From contig CAXBPH010000228.1 of NCBI GenBank assembly GCA_963977445.1, positions 1 through 11,266 of the forward strand: DNA of 11,266 nt, read 5' to 3'. The notes beneath the pieces were generated by a model. The model did no database searches, was not told where the DNA came from, and saw only the letters and a program-made list of their open reading frames with translations. A program made the position numbers and the translations under genes. How positions within the stretch are numbered: the stretch's first letter is position 1; each line of letters opens with the position of its first letter. The DNA comes from an uncultured bacterium. GTDB lineage: Bacteria; Hydrogenedentota; Hydrogenedentia; Hydrogenedentales; JAEUWI01. Positions 6,246 through 11,266 of the stretch are shown here, piece by piece.

Positions 6246-9200
6246 TCAGTATTTCGTTACTGCGGCGTCTGAATTCATCAGTGCGTTGGCCACGAGTGTC
6301 CACGCCGCCAGATCGGCGACGGGCCATGTCGGGTCATAGGTGGACTCGCCCACAGAAAGCAGTTTTTTTGCTTCGTCGGGTGCGAGGGCAAATTCGTCGC
6401 GCTGGGCAGAAAATTGTTCCATGAGGGCCTGTTCTTCTGCAGGCCGGGGCCCGCGATTCAGCACCAGCAAGCTGGCGTAGGCCACGCGTTCTTCGGTTGT
6501 GGTGCCCCCTTCGGCCATGATGCGGCCGGCGAGTGTCCGGGCGGCTTCTACAAACTGGACGTCATTCATCAATACCAGGGCCTGCAACGGCGTGTTACTC
6601 CGGCTGCGTTGTGCCGTGCAAATGTCGCGATTGGGCGCATCAAAGACCAGCATGCCGGGTGGTGCGGCGGCCCGTTTCCAGAAGGTATACATACTCCGAC
6701 GGTAGAGCTTTTCCTCGTGGTCCTGAAAGAATTCCTGGGCCGTGTAGCGGAGCCCACCACCGCCATAGGCGACGTCTCTCCACAGACCCGCGGGTTGGTA
6801 GGGCCTGACGCTGGGGCCGCCCAGGGTCGACACGAGGAGGCCACTTGCGGCCAGGGCACTGTCTCGAATCTGCTCGGCATCCAGTCGATAGCGGGGGCCT
6901 CGGGCAAGGAGTAGATTGGCCGGATCCTGCTCCAGCAGTTCCGGGCGTATTCGGGAATCCTGCCGATAGGTTGCGGACATCACAATGCGCTTGTCCAGGG
7001 ATTTCATGGCCCAGCCGGATTCGATAAAGGTGCAGGCGAGCCAGTCCAGGAGCTCGGGGTGGGTGGGCCAGCTTCCCTGGACGCCAAAATCATCGGCCGT
7101 CTTGACCAGTCCAACCCCAAAGAAGCGTTGCCAGGCCCGATTGACGGCCACCCGTGCGGTGAGCGGCTGGTCGGGTGAAAAAAGCCACTGGGCCAATCCC
7201 AGGCGGTTTCCCGGCGCGTCGGTGGGCCAGTCGGACAAGGCTTCGGGGACATTCGGGCTGACAGCCTCTCCGGGTTGGTCGTATTGACCCCGTGTGAGCA
7301 CCTGGGTGGGGCGTGGCTCGGCACGTTCTTCCATCACCATTGTCGTGGGAATTTGCTTCTCCAGCAGCCCCATAGCCCACGAAATATTTTGCTCTTCTTC
7401 GTTCAACGAAGCCCAGGGGGCCCAATGGCGACTGCGATAGTGGCTGCGCACAACCTGCTCGTCGTGCTCGCTACGGAGCGTCGCGTCGCGCGTCAGTGCC
7501 TGTTCCACATCCAGCGGTAGTTCACCCAACGTTTCGTTTAAGCGGGCAAAGTAGAAGGTGTGGCTGTTGAAGTCGTAAAAATCCACCGCTTTCATCAGGA
7601 TTTCATTATTCCCCGGATGTAATTCGATTGTTACCCGAGCCGGGTGTGGACCCACTTCTCCCCGCTGTGCTTCCTTGTCGAAGGTCAGGCGCCCATTTAC
7701 CCAGAGTCGCACCGCATTGCGATTGTCCAGTGCCAGATCCATCGTGCGGGGCGATGGACAGGTGATCGTGCGCGATACGTAGGTGGCGCAATTCTTGCCC
7801 GGCAGGGTGTGGCTTACCCCGTCGGCGAAGTTTTCGGGCGGCCCTTTCCAAACAGGGTTGCCCATGGCGTCCAATATATCCAGGTTAATTGCCTGGGGAT
7901 CGATGTAATCGGTATCCAGGGCCTCCTCGCCTGTGGATGCGCTATAGGGGCCGCTGATGCGCCATTCGCCCAGTTTGGCCGGTTGAAAACTACGGTCCTC
8001 AGCGGCGCGGACCCTAACCCGCCCGGCAATTCCACTGCCACGGGCGGTCAGAAGAATCTCTACGCCTTCCCCACTGTTTTCGGGGGGGGCAACTACCCAG
8101 ATGGCGCTAGCGCCCTGGGCCGGGTCGTCCAAACGCCACTCACTCTCCCCATCGCCGTCATAGGCGCGTCGTACATCGCCTGTTGAACCGACACTTTCCA
8201 CTATGGTCAACGGGGTTGGCCCGGCTTGGCTGCCCAGCGGTCGGGTGGCGAGGCTCACTTCCTGCAAGGTAAAAGGCGGGTCTGGAGTGTCGACATCATC
8301 TGGGCGCACATCCATCCGGAATGCCGATAGGGCCGTTGACGTTGTATTCCACGAGAAGGTTACGGTGTCTTCTGTCTCCGTCGTTGTATCACAGGCAATC
8401 CATCGCTCAGCCAGCGCCTGACGTTCTGCATGTTCCCATGCGGCTTGTCCCTGGTCGACCTCAACGATGGGACGTAGCTTTCTCTCTCGCACATCGGTCA
8501 GTGCCTCGTTGAGAGCCTTCGCCTCCGTCCGTTGTTTGGGCAGGGGGGCCTTGATGCGGGGGAGGGAGTTGCCGTCCAGTTCCGTGCCGAAAAGTTTGGA
8601 TTCTTCTTCTGAGATGTTGTTGAAGAACGCATAGAATTGATAGAACTCCCGCTGGGAGATGGGGTCATATTTATGGTCATGGCATTGGGCGCATTTTATG
8701 GTCAGACCGAGCCAGGTCGTGGCCGTCGTGTCCACGCGGTCCAGGACATTTTGGACCCGGTACTCCTCGAAGATCGCGCCGCCTTCCATCATGATGGGAT
8801 GATTGCGATTGAATCCCGTTGCAATTTGTTGGTCCAACGTGGGTTCCGGGAGGAGGTCGCCCGCCAGCTGTTCGATACTGAATTGGTCAAAGGGCATGTC
8901 GGCATTGAAGGCATCAATGACCCAGTCCCGGTAACGCCACATGGTTCGCTCAATGTCTGCCGCATAGCCGTTGGTATCGGCATAGCGCGCCAGATCCAGC
9001 CACTGGCGCGCGCGATGTTCTCCGTAGTGGGGGGAGGCGAGGAGCCGGTCTACCAGGTCTTCGTAGGCCGTGGGGCTCGGATCGTCAACGAAGCCCCTGA
9101 TTTCCTCCGGTGTTGGGGGCAGGCCCGTTAAATCCAGGCTTACACGCCGAATCAGGGTGTAGGGGTCGGCTTCCGTGGCGGGCACCAGCCCATTGGCTTC

Positions 9201-9737
9201 CAGCTGGGCCAATACGAAATGGTCGAGCTCATTCGTCGGCCAGCTGGTGTTGTTTATTTTCGGAAGGCTCGGCTTCTGGGGCGTGATAAAGGCCCAGTGG
9301 GGCTCCCAAACCGCACCCTGGGCTATCCACCGTTCAAGAAGATTTTTTTCTGTGTCATTGAGTGACTTTCCACTTTCCGGAGGCGGCATTTGCTCTTCGG
9401 GGTCGGTGCTGAATACACGGTGTACCAAAGCACTCGCGGAGGGCTCACCGGGGACGATGGCTGCGGTGCCCGATTTTCCGGGCTGCCTGGCCTCCTCTTC
9501 CCGGTCAAGGCGGACGCCCCCTTTGCGTGCCGGTGCATCGGGCCCATGGCAGGCAAAGCAGTTGTTCGAAAGGATAGGAAGTATATCGCGGTTGAAGGCG
9601 AGCGGCGGGCCTTCAGCCGGAGTGGCCGCAGTCTGCGCTCCACCGTGCGTGGGCACGTCTTCGGCCGCATCGGCAACACCCCAAGACAGGGATAGCGATA
9701 GGGCGAGCAGGGCGGCTTCCGGGAAACGTAGTCGCAT
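6246..9737 (-). CDS. Planctomycete cytochrome c (PSCyt1) + DUF1549 + DUF1553 (PSD1) domain protein with central inserted domains
   Basis: Sec signal MRLRF…ADA. FNRDILPILSNNCFACHGPD gives a CxxCH at aa 60-64, followed by MPP…WIAQGA. DUF1549 motifs are HWAF, LIRRVSLDLTGLPP, WLDLARYADTNG, and CAQCHDHKYDP (second CxxCH, aa 349-353). DUF1553 motifs are RLGLAQWL, TARVAVNRAWQ, PTHPELLDWLA, RLDAEQIRD, YRRSMYTFWKR and NTPLQAL. Confidence 0.95.
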   Translation of the reverse strand: MRLRFPEAALLALSLSLSWGVADAAEDVPTHGGAQTAATPAEGPPLAFNRDILPILSNNCFACHGPDAPARKGGVRLDREEEARQPGKSGTAAIVPGEPSASALVHRVFSTDPEEQMPPPESGKSLNDTEKNLLERWIAQGAVWEPHWAFITPQKPSLPKINNTSWPTNELDHFVLAQLEANGLVPATEADPYTLIRRVSLDLTGLPPTPEEIRGFVDDPSPTAYEDLVDRLLASPHYGEHRARQWLDLARYADTNGYAADIERTMWRYRDWVIDAFNADMPFDQFSIEQLAGDLLPEPTLDQQIATGFNRNHPIMMEGGAIFEEYRVQNVLDRVDTTATTWLGLTIKCAQCHDHKYDPISQREFYQFYAFFNNISEEESKLFGTELDGNSLPRIKAPLPKQRTEAKALNEALTDVRERKLRPIVEVDQGQAAWEHAERQALAERWIACDTTTETEDTVTFSWNTTSTALSAFRMDVRPDDVDTPDPPFTLQEVSLATRPLGSQAGPTPLTIVESVGSTGDVRRAYDGDGESEWRLDDPAQGASAIWVVAPPENSGEGVEILLTARGSGIAGRVRVRAAEDRSFQPAKLGEWRISGPYSASTGEEALDTDYIDPQAINLDILDAMGNPVWKGPPENFADGVSHTLPGKNCATYVSRTITCPSPRTMDLALDNRNAVRLWVNGRLTFDKEAQRGEVGPHPARVTIELHPGNNEILMKAVDFYDFNSHTFYFARLNETLGELPLDVEQALTRDATLRSEHDEQVVRSHYRSRHWAPWASLNEEEQNISWAMGLLEKQIPTTMVMEERAEPRPTQVLTRGQYDQPGEAVSPNVPEALSDWPTDAPGNRLGLAQWLFSPDQPLTARVAVNRAWQRFFGVGLVKTADDFGVQGSWPTHPELLDWLACTFIESGWAMKSLDKRIVMSATYRQDSRIRPELLEQDPANLLLARGPRYRLDAEQIRDSALAASGLLVSTLGGPSVRPYQPAGLWRDVAYGGGGLRYTAQEFFQDHEEKLYRRSMYTFWKRAAAPPGMLVFDAPNRDICTAQRSRSNTPLQALVLMNDVQFVEAARTLAGRIMAEGGTTTEERVAYASLLVLNRGPRPAEEQALMEQFSAQRDEFALAPDEAKKLLSVGESTYDPTWPVADLAAWTLVANALMNSDAAVTKY

Positions 9738-9918
9738 AGTGAGTTACTCCAGAGATATCTCCGACGGTCCAGGGAGAGATAGCTTGATGGTAGCGGAGTT
9801 CCTGGCCGAGAACCAACTTCTTCGTTGGCTTCTACACGCGACTATCGTGATTCAGCGAGGTGGTTATTTTCGTCCCTTTCGCAGCGAGGCGTTGTCTACT
9901 CAAAAGAGTCTATAACAA

Positions 9919-10027
9919 TTGGGAGCGCAGGTCTCGGACGCACCGAAGGAGGGCGGCCCGCCTGCCACGGGCCGAAGGCACGTTGTACTTACGTCTTCGA
10001 CGCAATGCCGGGGAGCCGCACTCCCAA
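9919..10027. repeat. Folded intergenic palindromic element (REP/MITE-like or structured RNA)
   Basis: Terminal inverted repeat TTGGGAGCGC (9919-9928) / GCACTCCCAA (10018-10027), 9/10 match. It encloses inner stems GCAGG/CCTGC (9927-9931/9961-9965), GGCCCG/CGGGCC (9955-9960/9968-9973) and GGCA..TTG…CGTC-TTC-GACG-CAA-TGCC (9977-10009). Confidence 0.55.
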
Positions 10028-10091
10028 GCACCAAATCCGGAAGCTGGCTACCGGTTGTCTTGGAAAAAGTTCGAGATGCCTCTTCACGTAT

Positions 10092-11219
10092 TCAACCCAG
10101 GCGACCGACACGAAGGAATTCCGCAGGAAACGAGGTCTGGCCATCTATAGCGAGGTCGGCGAGAATGGCACCGATGACCGGACAGAACTTAAATCCGTGG
10201 CCGCTGAAACCTGCCGCGAAGCAGACCTGTGGATACGTGGGGTGGATATCGACGATAAAATGCTCGTCGGGCGACATGGTATAGAGACAGACACTGCCGT
10301 CAGACGGATTCGGGTCCACGTCGGAGAGATATTTCCTTACGAAGGCCTGTAACGGTGCGGTATCCGCCGCAGACAGGACACGATCTACGTTGGCGGGGTC
10401 GACGACCACGTCACCCGGTTCGTGGCAGGCAATCTTGATGCCCCGGCCATCGAGTTGCGGAAAACCGTAGAAGAATCCATCCGAGGTCTGGAAGGCAAAG
10501 ACGGGAAACCCCTTCTCCTGGCGAAAGTTGGAGGTTGTCGTCGGGAACCACGCCGTCACCATTCGCCGCACAACCAGCGGCAGGTCGAGGGAGGTCATGA
10601 CCTGTTTGGCCCAGGCACCGGCGCATAGGACGAGGCGGTCGGCACGAAATTCACGATGGGCGGTTCGTACGACCACGCCGCTCCCCTCGGCCTGCCAATC
10701 GAGCACCGGTTCATTCTCAAACAGCGTGGCACCGTGGTCACGCGCATCGTTCAGGTGGGCCTTCACGCAGGCCTCCACCCGCAGGTAGCCCCCCAGGGGA
10801 TCATGAAGAATGGTGTCATTCGCAGGAATACGGAGGTCAGGAAAGCGGGTTAAGGCCGCCGCCCGGGAAAGGGTTTCCAGGGGAAGTTCGTGGCGTGTTG
10901 CGGCTTCATGGGTTCCGGCAACAACCTCACCTTCGGCGGGGCCTGCCAACAGGAGGCCACAGAGATTGATGATTTCCTCATCGGTCGTGGTTGCAAGCCG
11001 CTCCCAACCGGCATAGGCCGCCTGCAAGAGGGGAACGTAATCCGGATGCTCAAAATAGGCCTGTCGAATGATACGGGACTGGCCGTGGGAACTGCCCAAG
11101 GCATGCCCGAAGGAAAACTGCTCGATCCCCACGACGTGTTGGCCGCGTCGGGCCAGCTCACACACGGCGGCGGACCCCATGCCACCAAGGCCGATGACGA
11201 TACTATCGAATTGCTTCAT
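10092..11219 (-). CDS. solA: N-methyl-L-tryptophan oxidase / monomeric sarcosine oxidase family FAD-dependent oxidoreductase
   Basis: Rossmann motif VIGLGGMGSA and family motif GSSHGQSRIIRQAYFE. Also LCAGAW, FYGFP, the flavinylation-site Cys in CLYTMSPDEHF, and GFSGHGFKF. The 375-aa length matches MSOX/MTOX. The substrate cannot be determined from sequence. Confidence 0.9.
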   Translation of the reverse strand: MKQFDSIVIGLGGMGSAAVCELARRGQHVVGIEQFSFGHALGSSHGQSRIIRQAYFEHPDYVPLLQAAYAGWERLATTTDEEIINLCGLLLAGPAEGEVVAGTHEAATRHELPLETLSRAAALTRFPDLRIPANDTILHDPLGGYLRVEACVKAHLNDARDHGATLFENEPVLDWQAEGSGVVVRTAHREFRADRLVLCAGAWAKQVMTSLDLPLVVRRMVTAWFPTTTSNFRQEKGFPVFAFQTSDGFFYGFPQLDGRGIKIACHEPGDVVVDPANVDRVLSAADTAPLQAFVRKYLSDVDPNPSDGSVCLYTMSPDEHFIVDIHPTYPQVCFAAGFSGHGFKFCPVIGAILADLAIDGQTSFPAEFLRVGRLG

Positions 11220-11266
11220 GTTCCACCGTTTTGAAATAGATTGGTAGTGCGGCTTGGCGGGGGTTA

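Noticed and set aside
9921..9985. Glycine-riboswitch-like words (two CCGAAGG) next to a sarcosine-oxidase-family gene
   Set aside because: The GGAGA and CUCAGG core elements are missing, and the words lie on the + strand facing the 3' end of solA, which is the wrong position and orientation for a riboswitch.
9919..10027. Resemblance to a cobalamin riboswitch (minus-strand GAGACCTGC) or SRP RNA (CAGGT…GAAGGA)
   Set aside because: The cobalamin core motifs (GGGAA, CCCGCAACTGT, GCCACTG) are absent, and the SRP domain IV spacing does not fit. An Rfam scan would settle it.
10037..10054. CCGGAAGC-TG-GCTACCGG hairpin as a solA terminator
   Set aside because: The stem is short and mismatched, and the minus-strand U-tail is only three T's, too weak to call.
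1..11266. CRISPR array, tRNA/rRNA, transposase, integrase, phage or defence genes
   Set aside because: No regularly spaced repeats, cloverleaf-like segments or relevant protein motifs were seen, and all long intervals are explained by the seven CDSs.

Overview
GC-rich bacterial chromosomal window with seven complete CDSs. On the + strand are a stand-alone prepilin-type N-terminal cleavage/methylation protein (DUF1559/H-X9-DG type, 360-1352) and a hypothetical lipoprotein (true start most likely GTG 1530). Each has an extended -10 promoter candidate and a downstream terminator hairpin. On the - strand is a co-oriented run: solA-like FAD oxidase (11219-10092), a ~109-bp folded intergenic element, a planctomycete-type cytochrome c/DUF1549/DUF1553 protein (9737-6246), a Tat-exported DUF1501 protein (6206-4758), a 643-aa protein (4601-2670) and a TerB-family protein (2585-2127). 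The gene content is PVC-like, and the C-terminal motif of the prepilin-like protein suggests Ca. Hydrogenedentota (from recalled similarity, not a search). The most unusual item is the 643-aa protein. It looks like the C-terminal part of a LamG-inserted GH2 beta-galactosidase that lacks the catalytic barrel and has eroded motifs, yet it is an intact ORF with its own RBS. It lies just behind a DUF1553/DUF1501 pair whose cytochrome carries inserted glycan-binding-like domains. The multi-stem element at 9919-10027 and a tandem repeat at 4611-4647 are also notable. No CRISPR, tRNA/rRNA or transposase was seen. All domain calls come from motif recognition by eye.
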